64,000 nucleotides of DNA, from NCBI RefSeq assembly GCF_009914755.1, contig NC_060930.1; one strand, given 5' to 3'. Below, piece after piece: positions 29,730-44,002 of this stretch (position 1 is its first letter; every line of letters starts with the position of its first letter). The position numbers and the translations under genes are program-made. The notes under the pieces were generated by a model, which was given only the letters and a program-made list of their open reading frames with translations, was not told the origin of the DNA and ran no database searches. The DNA comes from the human T2T-CHM13v2.0 reference genome, Homo sapiens.

Positions 29730-30660
29730 AGTGTTGGTCAGGATGTGGAGAAACTGGAACCCTCATATATTTCTGATGGGAATGCAAATGATACAGCCAC
29801 TTTGAAAGTAGGTGGGCAGTTTCTCAGGTAAACATATATTTACATTTTGACCCAGCAGTTCTACTCCTGGGTGCAGAGAAGTACAACTACAAACATTCAA
29901 GTACAAGTCTTTGTGTGGATATGTTTTCATTTCTCTTGGGTAAGAGATTTGTGCTTGAATGTTTGGGGGCAGCCATATTTATAATAACCAAAAAATGGAA
30001 ACAGCAAAATGCCCATCAACTGGTAGATGGTTAAACAAAAAGTGTCACATCCATGCAACGAGATAGTATTCAACAATAAAAAGGAATGGACTGGTCGGGC
30101 ACGGTGGCTGAGGCCTGTAATCCTATCACTTTGGGAAGCCAAGGTGGGTGGACTGTCTGAGCTCAGGAGTTCAAGACCAGCCTGGGCAACACAGTGAAAC
30201 CCCTTCTCTAGTAAAAATACAAAAAAAAATAGCTGGGCGTGGTGGCATGAGCCTGTAGTCCCAGCTACTTGGGAGGCTGAGGCAGGAGAATGGCTTGAAC
30301 CCGGAGGCAGAGGTTGCAGTGAGCTGAGATTGCGCCACTGCACCCCAACCTGGGCGACAGAGCGAGACTCCATCTCCAAAAAAAAAAAAAAAAGAAAAAG
30401 GAATGGACCGCAAACACAGGCAAAAACATGGTAGATCTCAAAAGCAGCATGATAAGACAAGAAAGACTACATGTATGATTCCACTGATACGACATTCTGG
30501 AAAGACAAAAGCATAGCAAAAGAAAGCAGATCAGCAGTTCCTGGGGTTGGGGGCAAGAATTACCTCTAAAGGGGCAGGATGGAATTTTTCAAACTCATTG
30601 ACCCGCACAGTTAAAATTAGTGAGTTTTAGTGAACAAGAATTACACTTCGTAAATCTTTA
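29730..30660 (+). mobile_element. L1MB/L1ME-type fragment interrupted by an Alu
   Basis: AAGTGTTGGTCAGGATGTGGAGAAACTGGAACCCTCATA L1M motif continuing past the Alu. Confidence 0.7.
30093..30395 (+). mobile_element. Alu in ARG1 intron 2
   Basis: Full dimer; TSD AAAAGGAATGGAC at 30079-30091 and 30396-30408. Confidence 0.93.
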
Positions 30661-31412
30661 AAAAAAAAAAAAAAAAGACAAATACAGACACCCAGTAGAG
30701 AACAGAATGCTTGGGTAATGGACTTGTCCCTTAACTGACAAGCATAATTTGGTCACGTGTTGTATCAGGTGAAATTTCTTGGAGGCGTTACTAAATCAGA
30801 TTCACACAGACATGTAACAAATACCATATTTAATGGCCAATTAGTTCAGAACACCGAACTGAATCACAGTTTTACATGACACTCTCTACTTTTCAAGCCT
30901 AATTCAAGGCCTTTTAGGGAGCACACCCAGTCCTTAGGAATTTGGGGTTACCTGCAATTTTTCCTTACTAAAAAGAATAACTAAAAAGCTTTATTTCCGA
31001 AGCTTCCAAAGTGTTAGGCTCAGTGCTAAGTACATATTCACATATTCTTATTTATTTATGATAATACCACTATGAGGCAGGTTCAATGGATACTTTGTGT
31101 GTCTGTGTGTGTGTGTATCTCCAGATGAAAATACACCAGTGCTTTCTAAATTTTCTGAGAATACATATATATACCGATATATATGTATTTAATTATTATC
31201 AAAATGAAGCATGCTTACTATAGAAAGGTAAAAAGCACATAAGCAGAGAGAGACAGAGAGACAGAGACAGAGACAGTGGCATTCCCTATTAAGCCCAAAC
31301 CAGAAGATTATCACTGTTACATTTTGGTGTCTAGTTTAACTGGATGGATTCAAGAAGTGTTCACTGAGAGCCCAGTATACAGCCGCACCAGTGTGTGATA
31401 CTGGTAACATGA

Positions 31413-31766
<354 letters not shown>

Positions 31767-32303
31767 TGAATAACTGTGTCTATGGGAATCTGGCACAAAG
31801 GAAGTAACCAAGGCCATAAGAAGAGAGAAAATTTAGAAATATAGACAGAAAAGCATTGACCTATATTTTATATCAAATTTTCTGCCTTTAAAAAAATTTT
31901 ATAGGTTACTTTTATTATAGAAACAGACTTCGCTCAATTTGAAGTCTTACAATATCTGTATTTTGACCTAGTACAGCAGAAAATGTATGAAATATGAATG
32001 GATTTCATCTAAATATTCATCACAAGCTTACATTTCTAAATAAGTATGTGAGGCAATTCATAGCTTATTTGTTCTTAATTGCCGATAATATATACAACTC
32101 ATATAGGTCAACAATTTCAAAGCATGTGTTTTTCATTATAAAAGTAATGATCATAACATTTTTGAAAGCATCAGACACACACACACAAGAAAAAAAATGT
32201 GGTAATTGTACTTCTCTAGCAACCATTTCAACCAGAATTGAAAATCTGGCACATTTCTTTCATGGCATCTTTTTTTTCCTTGTACATGATGACTTTGTTT
32301 AAC

Positions 32304-32320
32304 GTGTGTGTGTGTGTGTA

Positions 32321-32351
<31 letters not shown>

Positions 32352-32352
32352 C
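32304..32352. repeat. Compound (TG)n(AG)n microsatellite
   Basis: Direct reading. Confidence 0.9.
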
Positions 32353-32951
32353 AGATGTCTATGTTGTGTTCTCACTCTACAGTGCAAATTTCCTTGTTGC
32401 TTCATGGGATGTGCATAAGCATCATAAGCATCAGTTTTTTAATTGCTGCATGATTTTTCATCAAGGGGTTACATCGCTATATACGTACATATTGCGGCAT
32501 ATTCAGGTTGCATTATAATTTTCACCATTACAAATAATGTGGCAAAGACCATTTTTGTGCATGAGCCTCTTTAAATATTTACTCCCAAGGCCTAGGATAA
32601 TTTTACCAGAAAGGCCTGATTAGATCTAAAAGTAGAAACACTTCTATGGCTCTTGAGCAGTCAATGACTTCAGGTCTCCTTGGCTTCCTCTTCTAAAGCC
32701 AAACTGTCACCAAGGCCTCTGTATCAAAACTGCAATTGGGAAACTGAGGCTCGCTTTCTTTGTTAAGTGGAAATTTTAGGAATGGCACATGGCAAAAGAC
32801 AAGAAACCTAAAGGGAAAACAAACGTCCACTGAATAATCCATACCTGAACGTTAAGGCATTATTGCTTCCACTTCGAGAATCTAAAAGCTCATGATTCTC
32901 TGAATGATACTTAAACATTCACAAATGGGAGAATACAGGCATTGTATAGTA

Positions 32952-33018
32952 CTAGCTTGGTGCAAAAGTAATTGCAGTTTTTAAATGGCAAAACCGCAAT
33001 ACTTTTGCACCAACCTAA
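32952..33018. mobile_element. MADE1 (Hsmar1-derived MITE)
   Basis: TTGGTGCAAAAGTAATTGC...GCAATACTTTTGCACCAACCTAA inverted repeats flanked by TA. Confidence 0.92.
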
Positions 33019-33633
33019 TAAATCCTAACTTTTAACTTCTGTGCAAGATATCATTTATGTCTTCCATTCCAGCAAAATGTCTGGAGCTTGAAGTATTTGG
33101 GATGAACTTTGTTCCTGGTTGAGTGGGTAACTAGATGCATTGAATAGAATGAGTGAACACACGCCATACGCTGGCTGAAGAACTTGAGTAAGAACATGTA
33201 AGAACTTCTGAGTGATGCTCTCAAATTATAAAAGCTGGATTTTAAGAAAAATTGAAAGACTTTGTCATAATTCACTTGAGAGAATTAAGTATTTACCAAG
33301 AGAGATGAGTGTACAGAAAATGATCCAAATTTAACTCTGAGAATTGAACAGTGTCTCATGCTAAGGAATTTCTTGTGTGGCTAGTATTTTTATACTCATT
33401 TATTTTTTTGGCTACGCTCTAATCGTGGTTTTCTTACAAGGTGGATTTTGGGAAAAAAAATCACAGTTTTTTTAGTAATGCAATCGATGTAAATATAACT
33501 AGTTAGTGAGCATTAAGTGTAAGTTATGCTTTCTCTATTGTTTTAACTAATTGGCATCTCCAATTCAGAACCTATCAGAAATATCAGACACTGTGACTCA
33601 AAGGAAAACCAAGTGGGAGCATTGAGTGAATAA

Positions 33634-33873
<240 letters not shown>

Positions 33874-35094
33874 TAGTGCAATAGAATACTTTTTAGTAGA
33901 CATTCAGGAGGTGGAAGGGAAATGAGAAACTCCATGTTATCTTATTCTTGGTGTAATCTCAAATCATTTTCTCTGCAGCCAATAAGCAAAGGGTTGGTTG
34001 ATAAAAGGCAGTGAGGCTCTCTATCTCTGCCTTGCAAACTGACTTAATATATATTTTCTCTGCTAATTCTTAAACTATCCTTTTAGTAGGTGGGGCAGAG
34101 AGTAATCATTTATAAACAGGTCAGTGGAGGTTCAGAGGTTAACCAACTTGCCCAAGATATATGCCAAGCCTATAGTGAAGCAAGGGCTAGCACCAGGTCT
34201 CCTCATTCCTTCCTCTTTCCACTACATGCCACACAGTTCTGCATTCTTACTGAGTAGTCCTTCTATATCATAGAGGCTTTTCAAAAAAGAAATTTTAAAA
34301 TTTCAGATATAATGGTTTATGAACTAATGTATTTACTGGGAGAAGCACCTATCTAAATCATAAGAGAAAGAACTATCTCCCTGCTCCCTAGAAACTCCTT
34401 TTCTAAAAGATGGAAAATAAAATGGCAGATTAAGATTTAATATTACAGCTTATAACTTTGTTGATATGCCATAGTTTGTTGATATGCCATAGTATATCAA
34501 TAAAAAGTTTTTATTGATACAATTATAATATTTGGTCCTTATGATGATACAAGAGGTTAAAACCTCCTTATGTTAAATGCTCAGAAATAATGTCTTTTGA
34601 ACTAATGACCAAGGGATGGGTTTATAAACTTGCAAAGTATCTGCCTAGTACATGGGAAAAACTAAACGTCCTGGAGGACAAAGCAGATATCATCATATTA
34701 TCACATTAAGAATAACCAAAGGACAGGCCACAAATTTCCCTCAGCTGCTCTAGGCCATCCTCTGGATTAAGGACTTACTGAGAAAGGGAAGTAAAGAAGG
34801 AAGCTACCAAAGTAATGGGAGCACAATCGTTTCTTTATAGAGGAGCCCTGGGAAAGAAGGGCCCAGCAGGACTGGGGCACAAAGTAGGTAAATGCCAACT
34901 GGTTCAAGGCAAAGTCAAAGCAATCAAGGGGAGGCACACATCCTCTTCTTAATTGTGTATTATTTTTACATGATTTCTTCTGTATTTATATTCTAAATAT
35001 AAGATATACGCAATCCAATATGTGTCTTTACCTTTGAATGTAGGATTTGTTCAAGAGAATCATACATAACCAAGTGAAAACATTGTAATTTTAG

Positions 35095-35190
<96 letters not shown>

Positions 35191-35519
35191 TAAGCTTATT
35201 CCTTGATGTGATTTGCCTCCATTTTTGTCCCTTTGTGTGCTAGATATGCTTTACTGACCAACTCTATGAGAGAAAATTAAACATCAAGACACACACACAC
35301 ACACATGCCCACACACATATATTTATATACATGTACATACATATGTATGTATCCAGGCAATTAAATCTCAATTGACTTGCTGTTAAAAATAAATACAAAT
35401 AAAACTATATTGAGTTAGGTTCATAGAACCTAAATGTTTTATATATTTTACTATATTTATATTTCCCTTAAAAGGAGACAGGCGGGCACAGTCAGCCTTA
35501 TTAATTATAATTATCTTAA

Positions 35520-35639
<120 letters not shown>

Positions 35640-35805
35640 TAGGATTCTTTTGTGTGTGCACACATGTGTGTGCAACAGAAAAGGTTGCTACTGACAACCA
35701 AAGTTATTAATAAAGTCTTTACATGAAATAATGGGTTGCTACTTTTTATAAAACAAGTTAACAGATTATTATCTATGAAATGTGAAGCCATCAACCTTAA
35801 ACTGA

Positions 35806-35970
<165 letters not shown>

Positions 35971-36188
35971 TAACAATCTGAGGTAATAGAGAAGCAAGTG
36001 TACACTTGACTAATATATATTTATACCTCCTTGACCTGAAAACCAAGTCCCAGCTGACACTTTCAGAATGTCCATCAGTCACATGATGCAATAACTAAAG
36101 TGTTTTCCATCGGTTACTACCTTTTTCTGTTAGTGGATAATCTTTCAAGTCTGTCTGTACTACTTTCAAAATGTCAACTATTTTATAA

Positions 36189-36383
<195 letters not shown>

Positions 36384-36783
36384 ATGTGGAAACATCCGAT
36401 ATAAATCTCATAGTTAATGGCATAATTAGAAAGCTAATCATTTTCTTAAGCATAGAGTTATCCTTCTAAAGACTTGTTCTTTCAGAAAAATGTTTTTCCA
36501 ATTAGTATAAACTCTACAAATTCCCTCTTGGTGTAAAATTCAAGATGTGGAAATTCTAACTTTTTTGAAATTTAAAAGCTTATATTTTCTAACTTGGCAA
36601 AAGACTTATCCTTAGAAAGAGAAGTGTACATTGATTTCCAATTAAAAATTTGCTGGCATTAAAAATAAGCACACTTACATAAGCCCCCATACATAGAGTG
36701 GGACTCTTGGAATCAGGAGACAAAGCTACCACATGTGGAAAGGTACTATGTGTCCATGTCATTCAAAAAATGTGATTTTTTAT

Positions 36784-36789
36784 AATAAA
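36784..36789 (+). terminator. ARG1: ARG1 polyadenylation signal AATAAA
   Basis: Canonical hexamer ~400 nt after the stop, followed by T/G-rich ATTGTGTCT. Confidence 0.8.
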
Positions 36790-36837
36790 CTCTTTATAAC
36801 AAGATTATATTGTGTCTACATATTTCTAAATACATGC

Positions 36838-36872
<35 letters not shown>
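36838..36872. repeat. (CA)n microsatellite just 3' of ARG1
   Basis: About 17 CA units. Confidence 0.95.
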
Positions 36873-36874
<2 letters not shown>

Positions 36875-37175
36875 CACATTCATAAAAACGTCCTGCTTAA
36901 AACTACTAAGTTTTTAATGTTAAAATACAAAACATTTGAAAAGTCACAGTGAAATCAATCATCCCCAAAACACTGTGAGGCCTTGAAACTATTTAAACTC
37001 CCTGGCTCTGGTTTCTTCAACTGTAAAATGGGTAATAATAGGTTTGGGCAATCTACAAGTTCATTGGGCTAGATGTCCATGTTTTACTTTTTCTAAACCT
37101 CAAACATGATTTTGGTTAATACTTTAAAAGCATGGTTGCTATTCAAGTAGCTTTTGGGAGGTGGAAGATATTCCT

Positions 37176-37506
<331 letters not shown>

Positions 37507-37984
37507 CTATTCAGGAGCCACATAAATCAAATTGCTAGTTTGTTTTTAATAATAATTACTAATTCAGCTGAGGATGTCATCTAAAATTACCTATGGCTTC
37601 CAACGTTTCACCCTTCACTTACTGCAATTACAGTATATCTCATTAGCTATATCCTAAAAACTCATCTTGGCTCTGGAGTGTAGTAAGGAAAATGGAAAAA
37701 ACAAACCAGAGTAAACGGTAATCAAAACAAGGGAAGCAAAGTTTTTCTCCTCCCAGTAATTTATGTGAAAACCCCAGGGGGTCCTGTAAAAAAGGTAGGC
37801 TCCATGAATGGATTTCTCCTGTGTTTTTGTTTTAACAGCTATATGATAGTCCCTACAATCTGATTTTTCAAATGTAACACAGAATTTAAAAACTGTTTCC
37901 TCTAATAACTCCTAGGCCTTTGAAAGATAAACATTTTATTGAATTACTTTTAGATGGGAGCAATTATAATGGATCTCACTCTAA

Positions 37985-38161
37985 GATATATTCTCTAATA
38001 CAGTAGCCACATGTGGTCATTTAAATTAAAGCTTAATAAAATTAAAAAATTCAGTTCCACATTTCAAATGCTTCCTAGATAAATGTAGCTGCTAACTAGT
38101 GTATTGAATAGCACAGGTAAAGAACATTTCCATCATTGCAGAAAGTCATACTGGACAGAGC
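37985..38161. mobile_element. MER3/MER33-like hAT element
   Basis: AGCCACATGTGG and GAACATTTCCATCATTGCAGAAAG motifs; 8-bp flanking repeat CACTCTAA at 37977 and 38162. Confidence 0.65.
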
Positions 38162-38588
38162 CACTCTAAACTTACTATTAATTTTCAAAAAGAAAAACTT
38201 TTAGGATGTGATAAACATAAAGGCATTTTTTTCCCCTCTGCTGTATTCTAAACCCAAATAAAGTTTTTGTCTTCTATTAGTCTCTGATTAAAAACATATT
38301 TAAAAGCCTATCCAGGGAAATTATATTCCCATGTTTTTAAGCTAGAGAGGGAAAACTGAATTTGTAATAAATTAATTAGAATGTTTATGTCCTTGAGAAA
38401 GTGATTATATTGATTTTCATTTCCTCTATTGTTTGTATAATACTAGTGTCACAATTTTATCCTCATTCTAGGATCAAAAAGCAATAAATTCCTCAAGGCA
38501 GCAAGAATACATTGACGCTATGCTAAGATTAACACTTGAAATAATCTCTAGCATGTTTTCTGGGTAATTTTAAGAATGAGTCTGCAGG

Positions 38589-39005
<417 letters not shown>

Positions 39006-39225
39006 CTAGGAGGAATGTATTTAGAAATATGAATTTGAAATACAGTTGGTTAAATTCACTAGTTCTTTTTAAAAGAATCTGTAACTCTTAATTCCTAGGC
39101 CAATGTCAGTCACCAACTGTAGTGTAGGAACCACAGAGTACCCCATTTCCAACTGACCCCAGCCAGCACACCACCTGGCACACAGCCGACACTCATTCCA
39201 ATGGAGTCGGGAAACAATCACACGG

Positions 39226-39231
39226 TTTATT
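39226..39231 (-). terminator. MED23: MED23 proximal polyadenylation signal (AATAAA on minus strand)
   Basis: TTTATT on + strand, followed on minus strand by GU-rich GGCTGTGTGCCAGGTGGTGTG. Confidence 0.75.
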
Positions 39232-40153
39232 CATTCAGCAGACTTTACTCATTAGTTTTCAAGTCTTTCGCAATGCCAATTCCCCCAAAATTAACAATGT
39301 CTCTCAAAATCCAAGAAATAAAATGTGTACTGTATTTACAAATATAAAATTTAAAAATTTTAAGATTATAAAAATTGAAGAATTACATCATCTGTCAGGT
39401 GAGAGTGTCAACCTGCAAAAGCAATTAACTTATTTTTAAAAAAAGAAATTGGAGAATCAACCATTTAAGCATGATTTTAAGTTCAAGAATTTTCAGATGT
39501 TATTTTCTTACATGGCTTCCAACTAATTTTATACAGTAAGTTCAAGTCCATAGCAAAGGTAATAAAACTGCCAGTTGACCTTGATAGAAACTATGGAAAT
39601 TTATAATAAAATTTCAAGTCATTTTAAAAAGAATATGAAGCCTTGTTTGCTCCTACAATGCAACAAAATCTAGATTCCTTTTCTTGATATAAATCTCTAT
39701 TATTCTGAAAATCTACCAAGAGATTTATGTATAAAATATTTGTAATAACTGTTTTACATGTGTGGTGCCTTTAAAATAATATATCTGAAGACTAAATATG
39801 TCATTAATAATAAAAAATACAAACAAAAACAACGGCTAGAATAGGAAAGACTGAAAGTGCCAATGACAAGTCATTTGATCACAGATACCTCTATGTTCCT
39901 ACATAGCTCTAATAAGTTGTTATGAATATGAACAACATGTATCTTACTTGATCTCTTAGAGACAAAAATATAGATAGGGAGATGGGAGTTATAAGGTGTC
40001 AACAGATTCATCATTTGAATCAAAATAAAACAATCTGAATATCATCACTGCTTCTACTATATCACTACAGTGTGATCGCATTCAGATTTAAAAGGTTTGA
40101 GTCCACTCTCAAAGACGGATATATTTCTACTTTCTCCACAGTACAGTCTGGCT

Positions 40154-40321
40154 TCACTGAGTTACTGGTAAAGACACGGGCACCTGATTAGACTGAGGTG
40201 CTGGAGACCCACTGTTCATGGCTTGTGGAGGCACTGCAGCTGGCTCCATCTTGCTAATGTGTGTGATGAATCGAAGACGAAGTTTTAAAGCTGGTTTTAA
40301 GTTACAGATAATCTTCTCTAC
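40154..40321 (-). CDS. MED23: MED23 last coding exon (VEKIICNLK...SNQVPVSLPVTQ*)
   Basis: tcttag| acceptor, 168 nt, TGA at 40154-40156. Confidence 0.96.
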   Translation of the reverse strand, partial: VEKIICNLKPALKLRLRFITHISKMEPAAVPPQAMNSGSPAPQSNQVPVSLPVTQ

Positions 40322-41939
40322 CTAAGAAATAAAAACACATTAAAACGTACTTTAATCAGAGAATTTCAACTTCTCACATTTAAAGCAGGATTTACACATA
40401 TCCGGAGACAATAAACTAAGGAGTGTCGTGGGGTAGATGAGAAGTTTCTTAACATGTTCTGTGTTTTAAGAAAAGCAGATACAATGATTTCTTTCTTGCA
40501 TGAGAAACAATACGTTCTCCCTCACACACACCCCTTATATATTATATGTGCATGTCTGTACATGTACCATATGTATATTCATATATATGCATATACTTAC
40601 AAAGGCGTATCCACTCATCTAGCTAGCCAGTCATCCCACTACCAAAAGCTAGCAGAGTTTACACTGGAAATTTTATACATCCAACAAGTTGATCATTCTT
40701 TTAAAATGCCATCTTTACAGAAGCATGAAGCATAATTATAAAGTTCTTTGAATAACTCATGTTTGCAACATTTATCTATAAAACTATTTTGGTTTTGATT
40801 TACACTTGGAATTAACTAAATAATATTAGATCTACTCTTTTGAAAAACACTAAGGAGACAAACACATCAAGTCGTTTCACAGCTTTCTTAGCTTTACTCA
40901 AATGCTCTTTGACCTTTTCCTTTCTGTACTCCCTTGTGTTAAAGTTTCTTAGGCCTAAATGTAAAGAATACTTTTTTTAAAAAAACAAACAAATAAACAA
41001 TTTCTTTTACAGTTTCTCTGCATGTTCTGTGTTGTAACAAAAGCAGATACAATTTCTCTCTTTCTTACATGAGAGAGAACAGGTCAACTCTCTTTGACAC
41101 TGCTGCTGAGACATAAAGGAGTCAACCTCCTTGGCATCTCAACCTAAAGTACTGGGAGGGGTAGGAGGATGGACTTAACTTTCCCTATCTGTCCTACCTC
41201 CACTCCTTTAAAATGGCCCAGATTCTGTTTCCTACACGTAGGAAACTCAGTTATGATTCAAGGTCTTTTTCTACTTTCAGACATCCCCATTAGGAAGTTC
41301 CTCTTCATATGCTAAGTCAGGGTGGCCTCCCTTTAACTTTACCAGAATTCATACACCCTCTAAAGTGACACAGAACGAATCTAATACCTATTCCAAATGA
41401 AAACCCTCCAAAATGCTGAGGTCATAAATAATTCCCTAGGACTTTTTTCTTCAGGATAAGCATTCCCATATTCTCTAAATGCTTTTCATGAGTTAGTCTC
41501 TAGTCAGGATTAGTCTAGAATCCTGACTTTAGTCTTCTAGTTATGCCGCGGTTTGTCTACTGTCACCATGAGTGTCAGGAGAAGCAGGACCTCCTTTACT
41601 CATAACACAACAACCTCTCTGCTCATATTTCAGCAGCCATATCCCACTGTTTCTCCCTAATGAGATTACTATTAATTAACCCTCTAGGTCTTTTTCAGAT
41701 TTTCTGTTGCAAATATCAAGGGGGAAAAGTACAAGAAATTATAACATGTATTTCCTTTAATACTACATCTAGAATAATATGCCTCTGATGCCTAAAAAGG
41801 TCTCATACCCACCCTTTTTCCTTAAAAGAAAAAATTAGACAAAATAAAAATAATCACCCAAACCAAAAAAGTCTATTACTATATGTTCAAGTTTTCTAAA
41901 TTAAACATCATTAAAAATAATTAAACAAATTCAACTTAC

Positions 41940-42071
41940 TTGCTCTTTCACGCTGTCACCAGTAAACATATACTTCATGTGATAGAGGAAGTCACAGATG
42001 GGATCCATGTAATTTAAATGGGTGCTACACTGGTCAACATTCAGCAGCATGTCATAAAACGCCACACCAAT
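41940..42071 (-). CDS. MED23: MED23 exon (IGVAFYDMLL...GDSVKEQ)
   Basis: 132 nt, ag/gtaagt, frame continuous. Confidence 0.96.
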
Positions 42072-42796
42072 CTATTTAACAAATAATGTAAAATTATTTA
42101 AGTGATCAAGTGATTCAGTAATTCAGCATGATGCAGCTGGGCTCCATTACAACACTAGCACCGGGGGATACTGTCTTTGCTGTAGAACTGTCATATACCA
42201 TATACACCTCTATGCACATGAGATATGATATGGCTTGCATTTATAAAAGAATCTATAGTGCTACAAAATGCCCCTGACAAGGCTTAAATAAAATTTCTCT
42301 TCATAGTTAAGTAATTTCTCTTAAAATCAAGAGATAAACAATCCCCTTTCTAGACACCATCTCTCGATGTCTGGGATAACTCCACTCCTAGGGATCCTTT
42401 GGATTATACTTTCTTAGTTCCATTTGGTAGCTCTTGCTTTAAGGTTCTACTCCTGGGTCCTTTCCTTGTTTGCGACATTTTGTTAGAAGTGACTGACTTC
42501 ATCCATTCTCATGATTTTAATTAGCTCCTCTGCACTGTAAGATCTCAAATGTACTTCTCCATCCTTAACCTCTTCTCAACCTTCATGATGGGCGTTTCCT
42601 CTGCATCTCCAATTCAATACATCCCACCCTAAATTCATTACTGGCAAACTAAGTCCTCTAAAATTGCTCTTGGATCCTGTTAAACTAGTTTCACTACTAA
42701 TGGTTGTGACCTGCAGTTTCAATAACACTGGTAAAGAAACTTAAATAGATACTTCAGAATTTAATCATGTCACAGGAAACCCAGATTATATTTTAC

Positions 42797-42917
42797 CTCT
42801 ATCATACAACGAGTTCTCTCTTGCTGAAATCTTTGTAAAAATGGTCCAACAAGATGGTATACATAAAGCAACTGGAATTCGGTCTTCACTATAGGAAGAA
42901 GTACTTCAGTAAGAAAC
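42797..42917 (-). CDS. MED23: MED23 exon (FLTEVLLPIVKTEFQ...RCMIE)
   Basis: 121 nt, ag/gt, frame continuous. Confidence 0.96.
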
Positions 42918-43096
42918 CTAAAATTTGAAGATAAAAATCTCCTGTGACTTGAAATTATTTAAATTGTTTGAATTTTGTTCATACAGTATATACAAAGTAT
43001 TACAATAAAATATAATTTTTTAAAGTTCCTTTTAATTTGGTAACAATAATATTTCTAATTAATCTCACATCTCTCACTGGCTATTACTTTCACTTG

Positions 43097-43391
43097 ATTA
43101 TTTTTATTTATTTATTTTTTTGAGACGGAGTCTCACACTGTTGCCTGGGCTGGAGTGCAGTGGCGTGATCTTGGCTCACTGCAACCTCCGCCTCCTGGGT
43201 TCAAGTGATTCTCCTGCTGACTAGCTGGGATTACAGGTGCACACCACCACGCCTGGCTAATTCTTTTATTTTTAGTAGAGACGGGGTTTCACCATGTTGG
43301 CCAGGATGGTCTCAATCTCCTGACCTTGTGATCCACCCATCTCGGCCTCCCAAATTGCTGGGATTACAGGCATGAGTCACCGCGCCCAGCC
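43097..43391 (-). mobile_element. AluS-like element
   Basis: Full dimer ending CACCGCGCCCAGCC. Confidence 0.92.
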
Positions 43392-43408
43392 GCAAGTTGT
43401 TCTAATGA

Positions 43409-43752
<344 letters not shown>

Positions 43753-43787
43753 TACGTCAAATTTCTTTAAGAAATTATTATACTTAC

Positions 43788-44002
43788 TTTGGAATGAGAG
43801 AAAGTTGTCCGATGCTAGAATGGTGCCACACAGCATGTGCAAGAGCTAACGTATAGCTACAACTCATCTCAGAGTAGGACTGATGACAGGCAGTGAAATC
43901 AAAGAGGCGGAATGGATAGCCAACCCACTCTGTTTCAGACGTCAAGCTGGGGCTGCTGATGACACTCACAATTCGATCATGAAGAACAATCCAATATGGC
44001 TC
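43788..44002 (-). CDS. MED23: MED23 exon (EPYWIVLHDR...GQLSLIPK)
   Basis: 215 nt, ag/gtaagt. Confidence 0.96.
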
